A DNA stretch of 64,000 bases, taken from contig JBKJKE010000237.1 in NCBI GenBank assembly GCA_046597605.1, positions 22,490 to 86,489 on the forward strand. Direction: 5' to 3'. Positions 1-9,597 of this stretch are shown one piece after another (position 1 is the stretch's first letter; the number at the start of each line of letters is the position of its first letter). A program made the translations under genes and the position numbers. The DNA is from Limisphaerales bacterium. GTDB lineage: Bacteria; Verrucomicrobiota; Verrucomicrobiia; Limisphaerales; JACDHS01. Under the pieces are notes generated by a model that ran no database searches, was not told where the DNA came from, and saw only the letters and a program-made list of their open reading frames with translations.

Positions 1-487
1 ATTCGCAATCTTCATCTGCGATCTTGTGGTGATAGAACGTCCCGCGGACAACGGCGTCGACGAACTTGTTCCAACCGGTGGGAAAAACGACATTGGGATT
101 GTTGGCGAAATTGTCGGTCGTTACTCCATACAGAGTCGGTTGCATCGAACCGGTCGGAATTTTAAACGGCTGAACAAAGAACGTGCGAATTGCCATCGCC
201 ACAGCAATTGCAACCAAAAACACTTCCACGTTCTCGCGCCAACCCGAATTTGGGTAAGGCCTCAGGTACTTGTTTGCGGTGGTCTCAAGCTCCTGGATCT
301 TGTTCTTAATTGTCGCAGAATCTGCGTTGGAATTGATGGTCTTGTTTGTGTCCGCCAGCGAGGCAGTCACCGCGCTAATGGCGTCCTTGGATAGCAAATC
401 GCGCTGCGCATTGAGCATGCGGCGAACTTGCTTATATGCTTCGGTTGCCTGACGCACTTGCCCTGACAAAAACCATCTCAAAATCAT
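1..487 (-). CDS. lepB: signal peptidase I (N-terminal part; gene runs off the left edge of the window)
   Basis: Absent from the ORF track because it has no stop codon inside the window. My own minus-strand translation from the ATG at 485-487 gives MILRWFLSGQ...RENVEVFLVAIAVAMAIRTFFVQPFKIPTGSMQPTLYG. That is a TM anchor followed by the S26 catalytic-serine box (GSMxPTL). It lies directly downstream of lepA, as in the classical lepA-lepB operon. Confidence 0.8.
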   Translation of the reverse strand, partial: MILRWFLSGQVRQATEAYKQVRRMLNAQRDLLSKDAISAVTASLADTNKTINSNADSATIKNKIQELETTANKYLRPYPNSGWRENVEVFLVAIAVAMAIRTFFVQPFKIPTGSMQPTLYGVTTDNFANNPNVVFPTGWNKFVDAVVRGTFYHHKIADEDCE

Positions 488-511
488 ATAATATCGTAGG
501 TTACCAGAGCC

Positions 512-2302
512 CTAGGCTTTCAAAACTTCAATGAACGCTTCTTGTGGAATGTTTACAGTGCCGAAAGATTTCATTCGTTTTTTTCCCTCTTTCTGTTTCT
601 CCAGGAGTTTGCGTTTACGAGAAATATCACCGCCGTAGCACTTAGCGGTAACATCTTTGCGTAGTGCGCTGACTGTTTCGCGACCAACAATTTTACCACC
701 GATGGCAGCTTGAATGGCGACCTGATACTGCTGGGGGGGGATTACTTCTTTAAGTTTCGCCGCGAGTGCGCGCCCACGGTATTCCGCCTTGGAGCTATGG
801 ACGATGCAAGAAAATGCATCGACCGATTCTCCGTTTACCAACATGTCCAGTTTCACCATGTCGGACTCGGCATAATCCGCGTGCTCATAATCCATCGACC
901 CAAACCCGCGAGTGGTGCTCTTGATTCGATCATGAAAATCGATCAAAATTTCATTCAGTGGAAGCATGCTGGTCAACATCACGCGACGTGTATCCAGCGT
1001 CTCCGTATGATCAACCATGCCTCGTTTTTCAGAGATCAGATTCATCATGTCACCGATGTGCTCATTCGGACAAATGACAAACGCCTTCACCATCGGTTCT
1101 TCGATTTTCTGAATGTAATTGACCTCCGGCATGAAGGCAGGATTGTCGACTTCCTTGACCGTTCCATCGCTCAGCGTGATTCGGTACACAACGCTCGGAT
1201 ACGTCGCGATGATATCCATGTTGTATTCGCGGCGCAGACGTTCCTGAACGATTTCAAGATGCAACAGACCAAGGAAGCCACAGCGGAAACCAAATCCCAA
1301 AGCCACAGAGCTTTCGCTTTGAAAAACGAATGCCGAGTCATTCAACTGGAGCTTAGCCAGGTTCGCTTTGAGATGTTCGTAATCGGCCGTGTTAATGGGA
1401 TAAATCCCACTGAACACCATGGGATGAATTTCCTGGAATCCTGGGAGCGCCTCGGAAGGATTACGGGAATCCGTAATCGTATCGCCCATTTTGGTTTCCA
1501 ATGGACTCTTGATGTTGGCAGTGATGTAGCCAGTCTCTCCCACTTCCAATTTGTCTCGAACGTATGGCTTGGGATTAAAACTACCGACCTCCTTCACTTC
1601 CACTGTCTTGCCGGAGTGAAGTAGCTTTACCTGCATTCCCGGTTTTAATTCGCCATTGAAAACCCGCACGTGGGTAACTACACCTTTGTAAGTGTCAAAA
1701 TAGGAATCGAAAGCTAACGCCTGGAGCGATTTGGCTCCTGTCGGTTTTGGAGGTGGGATACGTTCCACGATGGCTTCGAGAATTTCTTCAATACCAATCC
1801 CCGCCTTTGCACTTGCAGAAATTGCTGTATCCGCCGGTATCGCCAAAATATCTTCCAACTGCTGCTTCGTCATTTCGACGTTCGCATGCGGCAGATCTAT
1901 CTTATTGATCACCGGGATGATCGTGAGATTTTGCTTCATCGCCAGATGAACGTTCGCGACCGTCTGCGCTTCGACCCCCTGAGCGGCATCGATGATCAAC
2001 AACGCACCTTCGCAAGCGCTCAAACTTCGGGAAACTTCATACGAAAAATCGACGTGTCCTGGCGTGTCGATCAGATTCAGTTCGTATCGTTCACCATTCT
2101 TGGCCGTGTAATACATTGTGACCGGATGGGCCTTGATGGTAATTCCGCGCTCCTTTTCGAGATCCATGGCATCGAGCAACTGGTCAGACATATCGCGATT
2201 CGCGATAGTTCCTGTCATGTTGAGCAACCGGTCGGAAAGCGTTGTTTTCCCGTGATCAATGTGGGCGATGATACTAAAATTTCGGATGTGGGCGGCGTCC
2301 AT
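512..2302 (-). CDS. lepA: translation elongation factor 4 (LepA)
   Basis: 596 aa, full length. GTPase boxes AHIDHGKTT, DTPGH and NKID are present, followed by an EF-G-like region and the LepA-specific C-terminus. Confidence 0.97.
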   Translation of the reverse strand: MDAAHIRNFSIIAHIDHGKTTLSDRLLNMTGTIANRDMSDQLLDAMDLEKERGITIKAHPVTMYYTAKNGERYELNLIDTPGHVDFSYEVSRSLSACEGALLIIDAAQGVEAQTVANVHLAMKQNLTIIPVINKIDLPHANVEMTKQQLEDILAIPADTAISASAKAGIGIEEILEAIVERIPPPKPTGAKSLQALAFDSYFDTYKGVVTHVRVFNGELKPGMQVKLLHSGKTVEVKEVGSFNPKPYVRDKLEVGETGYITANIKSPLETKMGDTITDSRNPSEALPGFQEIHPMVFSGIYPINTADYEHLKANLAKLQLNDSAFVFQSESSVALGFGFRCGFLGLLHLEIVQERLRREYNMDIIATYPSVVYRITLSDGTVKEVDNPAFMPEVNYIQKIEEPMVKAFVICPNEHIGDMMNLISEKRGMVDHTETLDTRRVMLTSMLPLNEILIDFHDRIKSTTRGFGSMDYEHADYAESDMVKLDMLVNGESVDAFSCIVHSSKAEYRGRALAAKLKEVIPPQQYQVAIQAAIGGKIVGRETVSALRKDVTAKCYGGDISRKRKLLEKQKEGKKRMKSFGTVNIPQEAFIEVLKA

Positions 2303-2409
2303 TTCGATACAAAACTAACAATAAAACAGTTCGCGAGAAGATACCGTTGAACTTAGCAATGGAAAGGGTAATTTTGCGGGCTTGCTCCCCTGCTCTACCT
2401 CCTGGTTTG

Positions 2410-2817
2410 CTAGGTGACTTTTACATTTTGCAAACGGTCCATAGCAGCTTGCACAGCTTGAAGTGCCATCAGCATTTGGGCACGGATCTGATCATCAGGA
2501 GGCGCCTGTGGGTCATTAATCAGCTTGCTCATGGTTGCCAAAATCGCAGGCGTACGCTTTTGCAAACTACTCATGTGCTTCTCCCATGTGAGTTTTTTAT
2601 TGGCACACTTCAGTAAATCTTCCAGGTAAGCGATGTCATCACGCGTCGTCTTGCGCTCTTTGTGTTCCACGTTTACCCGCTCCAATTCGCTTTGGAGGTC
2701 CAGAACAGTCTTTTCGCAACGTTCGATGTCTTTTACCAACGTCACGAGCTCGGCGATCACCTCGCGTTGGTGCTCCGCCGCCTTTTCCATGTGCTTGAAC
2801 TGCTTTAAAGATGACAT
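2410..2817 (-). CDS. hypothetical coiled-coil protein
   Basis: 135 aa, charged and heptad-rich. Co-directional and immediately upstream of lepA. No family recognised. Confidence 0.5.
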   Translation of the reverse strand: MSSLKQFKHMEKAAEHQREVIAELVTLVKDIERCEKTVLDLQSELERVNVEHKERKTTRDDIAYLEDLLKCANKKLTWEKHMSSLQKRTPAILATMSKLINDPQAPPDDQIRAQMLMALQAVQAAMDRLQNVKVT

Positions 2818-2839
2818 GCGAATTTGTACCCAGTGAAGC

Positions 2840-5389
2840 TTATTTTAATTTCAACAATTCCGCCTCGGTCCACGCCTCGGAGCGCTCGCCGCTAGTCTCG
2901 CGAATCTTCTTAATCATTTCCGGAGTGACGGGTTTTCCTGTGTGCTCCCATTCCCGTTTGGCGTAGGTCATGATAGCCGCGATCTGTTCATCGTCAAAAA
3001 ACGGCAGACCAGGCATTTCCATCTCCCACTTCTTGCCATTCACGGTGATAGGCCCTTTGACCCCATGTAAAATTATTCGACCCAGCCGATCATCGGAACC
3101 AAGAACCCAATCAGAATTAAGTAGCGGTGGTGCCAGACCTTCCATTCCGGTTCCCGTTGCCTGGTGACAGGTTGCACACGTCATCGTGAAGAGTTCTTTG
3201 CCAGCTTCGAACCGTTTCTGTTCTTCTGCACTCAGCGGTTTGGCAGCAACCGCTGCCGTATAGCCTGCCTTCCCGGTCCATACGATTAAGGGATCAATCT
3301 TCTTCACCAACTCCCCGGTTTCCTTCCCAGCGTCCTCCGACAATTTCTTCCATGCTGCGGGTTCAGTTGAGAACACGATCGGTTTGAAGTTGGCTTGAGC
3401 CTTTCCTTTTGGCGCGGTCGCGGCGATCCCTTTGAGGATAGCAGCTTGTCGCCAGTCTGAAAGACTCGCCGCGATGGCAAGTAATCGGTCCACATTCTCA
3501 GGCTTTCGCTCGGCAATGACACACTGAGCAAGCGCGGCGACGAAGCTTTCGTTCCCCGGTTGCTCTCTCTCCCACATTTTTTCCCGGCCAACTTTTTCCA
3601 GGAACGTGAGCTCCCGCTTGTGCAAGCCAGATACCAAGGCATCGCGGAGATAAACAGAATCCCCTGCACTCCTCGCCAGGATAACCATACCTACCTCGGA
3701 CGCCACATCTGGAATTTCACCAAAACTGAGCGCTAACTGAAGGCGAACCTCTGCATTGGTGGTGTTTACCTGTCGCAGTATTGCTGTCAGCAACTGGTCG
3801 TTTGACCCTGCCTTCAAAATAGATTCTGACAAGCGGATCGCAACTGCTTTAACCTTCGGTTCCGGATCGTTCAAAACCTGTATGATAAACTCTGCAGAGA
3901 GTTGGTTCATCCCCTCAAGAGTCCATAAGGCGTGCAGTCGCGCCAGCGATTCAACCCCCTTTACTGCAGTAGACCGCAATTCAGACACTGCGTTCGTGTC
4001 ATTGCCTTCCACCAGAAGTCGCTGCGCCGTTTCCCGGATCGCTCCATTTGGATTCGATAACTGCTGAATCAAATCCGCTGTTTTTGCACCGCCCAATCGT
4101 GGAACCTTCGCCAATTTTTTCCCTTCGTGCACGACCCTGTAGATGCGGCCCATTCCTATCGGTTGATCCAGGCCCCGCGATTCGGATTGTTTCCGTAGAT
4201 AACTTGTCAGAAAAATTTTGTGCTGAATCACACCTCGATACAAATCTACGATGTACAGTGCCCCATCCGGTCCATTGTTTAAGTTCACCGGGCGAAAACG
4301 TTCGTCGGTAGACGCCAGAAACTCCGCATTCGTGTAAGCCTGCCAACCTGTGATTTCGCCGTTCTTCTCCAGGAGAACATTGCGCTTGATCAAATTTGCC
4401 GAAGGTTCGCAAACGAAAGCGTTGCCATAGAACTCACTTGGGAAGTTGTCACCCCGATAAATCAACGGAGCACACGCCGCAGTAAACGTCGTCAGGGTAC
4501 CATCCGCTCGCAAGACACCCTCCCGGTAGCCGCGGTTGACTCCGGGTGTTACCCGAATGGGAAAGGTAGCTTGATTGCGAATCGGATCTACGTTAGCGCC
4601 CTTCGCCTCCTTGTAATTCGGATTACGAATCAGGTAATGGTGGGGAATGATGTCCATCCGAAACTGGTCTGAGTTCGAATTATAAACAAGACGTCCGAAA
4701 TCATCCTGGCCGATACCCCATTGCCCGCGAAACAGCGTCGTGTCGCGTTTCCATTCTCCATTAGGCAAACTTTTGAAGCGAATAGTGGTGTCGGCTGAAT
4801 AGATGTAGTTATCGAGAGCCCAGAACAGTCCATTGGCCGTGTGTTCTGGATTTTTCCGATCACCGTAATCTGTGGCAACTGCGACCTTGGTATCGCATTT
4901 CAAATCACCATTGGTGTCCTGGCAGAACCAAAGATTTGGGGGTTCAGCAATCAAGACGCCACCGCGCACCACCGAGATAGCTCGTGGCATCACCAGTTTA
5001 TCCAAAAAGATGGTTCGTTTATCCATCTTCCCGTCCCCATTCGCATCTTCCAGCACCACGACATTCCCGACCGGTTGGTCTTCCCCTTTACCGTCGTAAG
5101 TCTGCATATAGCCGGACATTTCGGCCACCCAGATCCTGCCATCCGCATCGAACGCCATCGCCACCGGATCATGCACAAGGGTGTCGTCCGCAACGGCTTC
5201 CACCCGGAATCCAGACTGAACTTTGAAGCATTTAAGCGACTGTTCAATGGTGAGCACCGGCGAGGGTGGAATTTTTTCCTTAGGAACGCGGGATTCCTGC
5301 ACTTCCCCCGGGGTATCCTTCTTATCTCCTTCTTGCGCCTGAAGACAACTGCCTGTTAAAGCGATGAGAAATACGGCTTTTTTAAACAT
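2840..5389 (-). CDS. PVC-type dehydrogenase-domain / HEAT-repeat / c-type cytochrome domain protein
   Basis: 849 aa. Signal peptide MFKKAVFLIALTGSCLQAQ, an N-terminal propeller-like region, a helical HEAT-like middle and a C-terminal heme motif (FTMTCATCHQATG). From memory this architecture is typical of Planctomycetes/Verrucomicrobia. Confidence 0.7.
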   Translation of the reverse strand: MFKKAVFLIALTGSCLQAQEGDKKDTPGEVQESRVPKEKIPPSPVLTIEQSLKCFKVQSGFRVEAVADDTLVHDPVAMAFDADGRIWVAEMSGYMQTYDGKGEDQPVGNVVVLEDANGDGKMDKRTIFLDKLVMPRAISVVRGGVLIAEPPNLWFCQDTNGDLKCDTKVAVATDYGDRKNPEHTANGLFWALDNYIYSADTTIRFKSLPNGEWKRDTTLFRGQWGIGQDDFGRLVYNSNSDQFRMDIIPHHYLIRNPNYKEAKGANVDPIRNQATFPIRVTPGVNRGYREGVLRADGTLTTFTAACAPLIYRGDNFPSEFYGNAFVCEPSANLIKRNVLLEKNGEITGWQAYTNAEFLASTDERFRPVNLNNGPDGALYIVDLYRGVIQHKIFLTSYLRKQSESRGLDQPIGMGRIYRVVHEGKKLAKVPRLGGAKTADLIQQLSNPNGAIRETAQRLLVEGNDTNAVSELRSTAVKGVESLARLHALWTLEGMNQLSAEFIIQVLNDPEPKVKAVAIRLSESILKAGSNDQLLTAILRQVNTTNAEVRLQLALSFGEIPDVASEVGMVILARSAGDSVYLRDALVSGLHKRELTFLEKVGREKMWEREQPGNESFVAALAQCVIAERKPENVDRLLAIAASLSDWRQAAILKGIAATAPKGKAQANFKPIVFSTEPAAWKKLSEDAGKETGELVKKIDPLIVWTGKAGYTAAVAAKPLSAEEQKRFEAGKELFTMTCATCHQATGTGMEGLAPPLLNSDWVLGSDDRLGRIILHGVKGPITVNGKKWEMEMPGLPFFDDEQIAAIMTYAKREWEHTGKPVTPEMIKKIRETSGERSEAWTEAELLKLK

Positions 5390-5479
5390 TGGTGCTTATT
5401 AGGTAGGGCGAAACCTAAAATAGCGTGTGCCGGTTGCCAAGTTTTCTCCGCTTGCAGATTCTTGAAAAACTCCATTCAG

Positions 5480-5705
5480 ACTTCCCTGATCGCCTTTTTC
5501 CAATGGAAAACTGCGTTTAAACTTCCCCGATCGCCTTTTTCCAATGGAAAATTGCGTCTAAACTTCCCCAATCGTCTTTTTCCAATGGAAAATTGCGTTT
5601 AAACTTCCCCGATCGTCTTTTTCCAATGGAAAACTGCGTCTAAACTTCCCCGATCGTCCTTTTCCAATGGAAAACTGCGTTCGAACTTCCCCGATCGCCT
5701 TTTTT
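5480..5705. repeat. tandem array A: 5.5 copies of a 41-bp unit (ACTTCCCCGATCGCCTTTTTCCAATGGAAAACTGCGTTTAA)
   Basis: Unit starts counted by hand at 5480, 5521, 5562, 5603, 5644 and 5685 (partial), with 1-4 substitutions per unit. Each unit holds CGATCG and the inverted repeat TTTTCCA-A-TGGAAAA. The array fills the divergent intergenic region between 5389 and 5798. Confidence 0.95.
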
Positions 5706-5797
5706 CTTACGTTGCTGAAACTATTTTTGAAAAGTAGGCGGTTCCCTGATTTGCAAGAGGCAGAAAGGTGTCCAGTCTACCGCCCAAGTATCTAAGT

Positions 5798-7627
5798 ATG
5801 GAGATTGTCATAGTTTTTAGCTTGCTCGTCGTAGCCATTGTTCTGTTTTGGAAAGAGTTATTCTCTGTAGACATTACCACGCTCATCGTCCTGATCGCTC
5901 TGATCGTTTTCAAAATCCTGACACCGGACGAGGCCTTTTCCGGGTTTAGCTCGGACATCATCATTATCCTCGCTTCGATTTTTGTGTTAAGTGGTGCTTT
6001 GCAGAAAACAGGAGTAGTGGATGCCTTGGGAGGCCAATTGCTTCGATTTTCTGGGAAAAGCGAGGGCTGGCTTCTATTTCTCATGATGGCTTTGGTTGCC
6101 GCGGTTTCCGCGTTCATGAATAACACCACGGTAACGGCGCTCTTCGTGGCACCAGTGATGGGCCTCGCCCGGAAAATGAAGATTGGCCCATCCCGGTTGC
6201 TGATGCCACTGGCTTACGCTTCCATTCTCGGTGGCACCTGCACGTTGATTGGAACGTCGACCAATGTGGCGGTAAGCGGCTACGTCAAAACGTTGGGACT
6301 GGAACCAATCGGCCTGTTTGAGATCACTCCCATTGGACTCATCTTTGTGGGAACTGGCATCGCTTACATGATGATAGTCGGTCGGAAACTCGTCCCAGAT
6401 TACCCGGATGAAAGCCTCACGAAAGATTATGCCATACGCGAGTACATCAGTGAAATCATCGTGCTTGCTGATTCCAGCATGCTTGGGCAAAAGGTTTTCG
6501 AATCCGACCTCGCCAAACTGGAATTTCAAATCCTCGCGGTGATTCGCAACCATCAGAAGATGATTCCTGATCGAAATATGAGGGTGGAGAGCGGCGATGT
6601 TCTCCTGGTGAAGGCCCGGGCTGAAGAATTGATGAAGGTAAAGCAGACGGCTGGTATCGAGATCAAACCAGAGCTGAAGTTGGATGATCCCAGCTTGCAG
6701 AGCGAAGATATCAAGATCGCTGAGGTGCTGGTCTCTCCGAATTCAGACCTGATCGGGCGTACATTAAAGGAAGCGAACTTCCGTCAAAAGTACGGTTTGA
6801 CCGCCCTTGCTCTTTACCGACAGGGCCATTCCCTGCGCGACAAAATCAAGTATGTCAGGTTGCGCCTGGGTGATTTGTTACTGGTGCAAGGTCCGCCGGA
6901 ACGGATTGAAACTCTTAAGGGTGGCCGGAATCTGACTCTTTTGGAGGAGATTGAGCCTGGTTTGTATCGTCGCAAGAAAGGACTGGTGGTAGCCGGTTTT
7001 TTTGCTGCCGCCCTCGTCGCCAGTGGCCTGGGATGGCTTCCACTTTCGGTCGCCGTTCTGGCATCGGCGGTGTGTGTTATTCTCACTAAATGCATTCGAA
7101 TCGAAGAGGCTTATGAATTCATCGATTGGCGGCTTTTGATCCTGATTGGTGGAATGACGGCGTTTGGTGTCGCGATGCAAAAAACGGGCGCGGCGGAATG
7201 GATGGCAAACAACATTGTACATATCCTTGGACCTCTCGGGCCAAAGGGCATCATGGCTGGCTTTTTTATGGTTACCATTTTCCTGACCCAGCCCATGTCC
7301 AATGCCGCAGCCGCCCTGGTTGTTTTGCCAGTGGCATTAAGTGCCGCCGCAAAACTGGGCGTAGACCAGCGAAGTTTTGCCATCGCTATCATGCTGGCTG
7401 CTTCGATATCGCTAATCACCCCGTTGGAACCCTCGTGCATCCTGGTCTATGGTCCCGGAAAATATAAGTTCTCTGATTTCGTCAAAACGGGTCTCGGTTT
7501 GACCGTCATCCTGGCGGCAATCATCTACTTTCTTGTCCCGGTTTTCTGGCCGTTTTATCCAGAAAAAAAAGCTCCTGTTAAAGGTGGCGAATCAACGATT
7601 CAAGCCACACCGCTTCCAGCAAAATGA
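5798..7627 (+). CDS. SLC13/DASS-family anion permease with two central TrkA-C (RCK_C) domains
   Basis: Two multi-TM halves flank two TrkA-C-like segments (ISEIIVLADSSMLGQKV and IAEVLVSPNSDLIGRTLKE). I moved the start from the track start 5768 to the ATG at 5798 (MEIVIVFSLL). Confidence 0.85.
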   Translation: MEIVIVFSLLVVAIVLFWKELFSVDITTLIVLIALIVFKILTPDEAFSGFSSDIIIILASIFVLSGALQKTGVVDALGGQLLRFSGKSEGWLLFLMMALVAAVSAFMNNTTVTALFVAPVMGLARKMKIGPSRLLMPLAYASILGGTCTLIGTSTNVAVSGYVKTLGLEPIGLFEITPIGLIFVGTGIAYMMIVGRKLVPDYPDESLTKDYAIREYISEIIVLADSSMLGQKVFESDLAKLEFQILAVIRNHQKMIPDRNMRVESGDVLLVKARAEELMKVKQTAGIEIKPELKLDDPSLQSEDIKIAEVLVSPNSDLIGRTLKEANFRQKYGLTALALYRQGHSLRDKIKYVRLRLGDLLLVQGPPERIETLKGGRNLTLLEEIEPGLYRRKKGLVVAGFFAAALVASGLGWLPLSVAVLASAVCVILTKCIRIEEAYEFIDWRLLILIGGMTAFGVAMQKTGAAEWMANNIVHILGPLGPKGIMAGFFMVTIFLTQPMSNAAAALVVLPVALSAAAKLGVDQRSFAIAIMLAASISLITPLEPSCILVYGPGKYKFSDFVKTGLGLTVILAAIIYFLVPVFWPFYPEKKAPVKGGESTIQATPLPAK

Positions 7628-8154
7628 GTCGTAAACCAACATGCTGGAGTTTGGATGTCAACGCTCCCCTGGATGATGTGTTTGAATGGTGTATTCAGAA
7701 CCATAGTGTTGATCGAATACTGTTGGCGCTTCGAATGCAGCAGGTACATGGCCGGTGGGGCCCACTGGTTCCGGGACTGGATACGAAAGCTAAACAATTG
7801 TTTGGTGCGCACCTCGTCGACTCATTTTTGGCCTCTGCCTGGCCTGCAACGAAACTGATTCAGCATCCGGCCCAAATCATGATCATCGCCTTCAATGCGG
7901 AGACTAAGAGAACAGTCCTTGAAAATGGATCCACGCTATCGGCCTGGCTCCACAATGCTCAATCGCCATTGCCAGAGGACCTTTGTCTGTTTAGTGAAAA
8001 AAGCGCAATGCCGGTCCTTGTCAGTTGCACACATGAACGGGACGCATGGCTCATCACAGACAAAGCCATGACTTTGAGGGGGACAGCCAAGGCTCGGCTT
8101 AAGACTGCCGAATTGACGATCCCACAAACCAAATATTTTTGTAAGCGGTGGTAG
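7624..8154 (+). CDS. hypothetical protein
   Basis: 176 aa. Its start overlaps the stop of the upstream permease (ATGA), which suggests co-translation. No family recognised. Confidence 0.4.
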   Translation: MSRKPTCWSLDVNAPLDDVFEWCIQNHSVDRILLALRMQQVHGRWGPLVPGLDTKAKQLFGAHLVDSFLASAWPATKLIQHPAQIMIIAFNAETKRTVLENGSTLSAWLHNAQSPLPEDLCLFSEKSAMPVLVSCTHERDAWLITDKAMTLRGTAKARLKTAELTIPQTKYFCKRW

Positions 8155-8174
8155 GAGCTCGGACACTTAGCTAA

Positions 8175-9074
8175 TCAGACAGTTTTCGGCAACTCCGCCA
8201 CCGCCCCTCGGCTCAATACACGGGTGACGAAAAATCCAGCGATGCATGCGATCAGAATCCAGACGCTGACCACCTGAGAGAATGTAAGACCTGCAAAATA
8301 GGTTTGTGGACTATCAGCACGAATAAATTCCACGGGAAATCGGACAATCGCGTATCCGATTCCGCAGAACCAGACGATGTCTCCATCGCGTTGTTTCGCT
8401 TTAAACCTTGAGTTCAACCACAGGCACAACCCCAGTGCCAATATGACTTCGTAAATCTGCGTGGGATGCACTGGCAACGATTTCGTTTCTCCGTGAGAGA
8501 GCAAACCGAGTTTATGATGTTGCTCGAACGCTGCAGACTCAGCCGGAAATTGAACCGCAAATGGCATATTCGCGGAAGACACCGAGGGGACTGTTTGCAC
8601 CTGCAATTGTTTTACCGGTGAAAGCGCGCTCAAAGTCTGCGGAGTTGCACAGACGTCTCCCCAGCAGCAACCCGACATAAAGCAGCCCACCCGCCCAAAC
8701 GCCAGGCCAAGTGCCAACGAGGGTGCCATGATATCCAACAGCCTGGGGGTTGAAATTTTTCGGACCTTCGCATAGATGATCACTGTGAGAAATCCAGCAA
8801 TTGCTCCTCCGTAGAACACCAGTCCCCCGCCCTCCCAGAGTTTAAGTGTCTCCCAAAACCCAAGAGGCTTTGGAGAGTAGAACATCCGACTGCATAAGCG
8901 TGCTCCGGCCGGACCGATAACCATCAGAAGTAAGACCAGGTTATCGATATGCCGTGGGGAAAGACCGGACTTTTTGGCGCGCCACCGAGCGAGGAGGAAT
9001 CCCCCGATGAAGCCAAGCAGGAGCATCGCTCGATAAGAGCCAATGTAAGGTTCCGCCCAAAGATATGGATGCAT
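8175..9074 (-). CDS. lgt: phosphatidylglycerol-prolipoprotein diacylglyceryl transferase
   Basis: 299-aa polytopic membrane protein with HPTQIYE and GRVGCFMSGCCWG boxes characteristic of Lgt. Confidence 0.9.
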   Translation of the reverse strand: MHPYLWAEPYIGSYRAMLLLGFIGGFLLARWRAKKSGLSPRHIDNLVLLLMVIGPAGARLCSRMFYSPKPLGFWETLKLWEGGGLVFYGGAIAGFLTVIIYAKVRKISTPRLLDIMAPSLALGLAFGRVGCFMSGCCWGDVCATPQTLSALSPVKQLQVQTVPSVSSANMPFAVQFPAESAAFEQHHKLGLLSHGETKSLPVHPTQIYEVILALGLCLWLNSRFKAKQRDGDIVWFCGIGYAIVRFPVEFIRADSPQTYFAGLTFSQVVSVWILIACIAGFFVTRVLSRGAVAELPKTV

Positions 9075-9108
9075 GATGTTTTACACCGAATCGGCAGTGC
9101 GCAACGCT

Positions 9109-9525
9109 TTAGACGCCAAATGGCCCGAGTAATGAACGATCCTTGCCCGGTACCGGCAGCCGGCTCGCCATCCGCAATCGCGCACCAATTTGCTTCGCGG
9201 TCGCGATCATTTCCGTTGCGCAGTCTGCAGGAAGCCAGATCTTGCAGTTATGTTCCCATAACCCAAGCCACGCCTGAAAGTGTTCTTCTTTCAACGAGAG
9301 CGGCACGTGTCGCATTGCCATTGCTCCATTATAGAGAGAAGGCCCGCCCGTCACCGTTGACCAGAAATTTGCGATCTTCTCCAAATGCTCCGGCCAATTC
9401 TCGATCTGCTCATTGAACACCGGCCCAATCAACTGATGTTGCTGCACATCAATATAAAAGTGTCGCAGCAACTCCATTAACTTTGTGCGTCCGCCAATTC
9501 GATCAAACAGAGTCTGCTCAGTCAT
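9109..9525 (-). CDS. truncated-hemoglobin-like globin (group III type)
   Basis: 138 aa with LFDRIGG...FY...NWPEHLEKIANFW...GGPSLYNG...HFQAWLGLW. The pattern matches my memory of Ctb-like group III truncated globins. Confidence 0.65.
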   Translation of the reverse strand: MTEQTLFDRIGGRTKLMELLRHFYIDVQQHQLIGPVFNEQIENWPEHLEKIANFWSTVTGGPSLYNGAMAMRHVPLSLKEEHFQAWLGLWEHNCKIWLPADCATEMIATAKQIGARLRMASRLPVPGKDRSLLGPFGV

Positions 9526-9597
9526 ATATAATCTCGTCCAGCCGTACTCATGCGGATTGAACTACCGGTAAATACCTTATTCGGGGAAGCCGAACGA

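Noticed and set aside
710-1624. A 304-aa ORF on the plus strand inside lepA.
   Set aside because: It is antisense to a full-length, highly conserved lepA, so it is a shadow ORF. The same reasoning applies to 1886..2350 and the other short overlapping ORFs here.
5480-5705. Possibility that the 41-bp arrays (this one, 24355-24546, 37874-38201 and 62863-63190) are CRISPR arrays.
   Set aside because: The whole 41-nt unit repeats and there are no unique spacers between repeats. No cas genes are in the window, and the unit is too short to hold a repeat plus a spacer.
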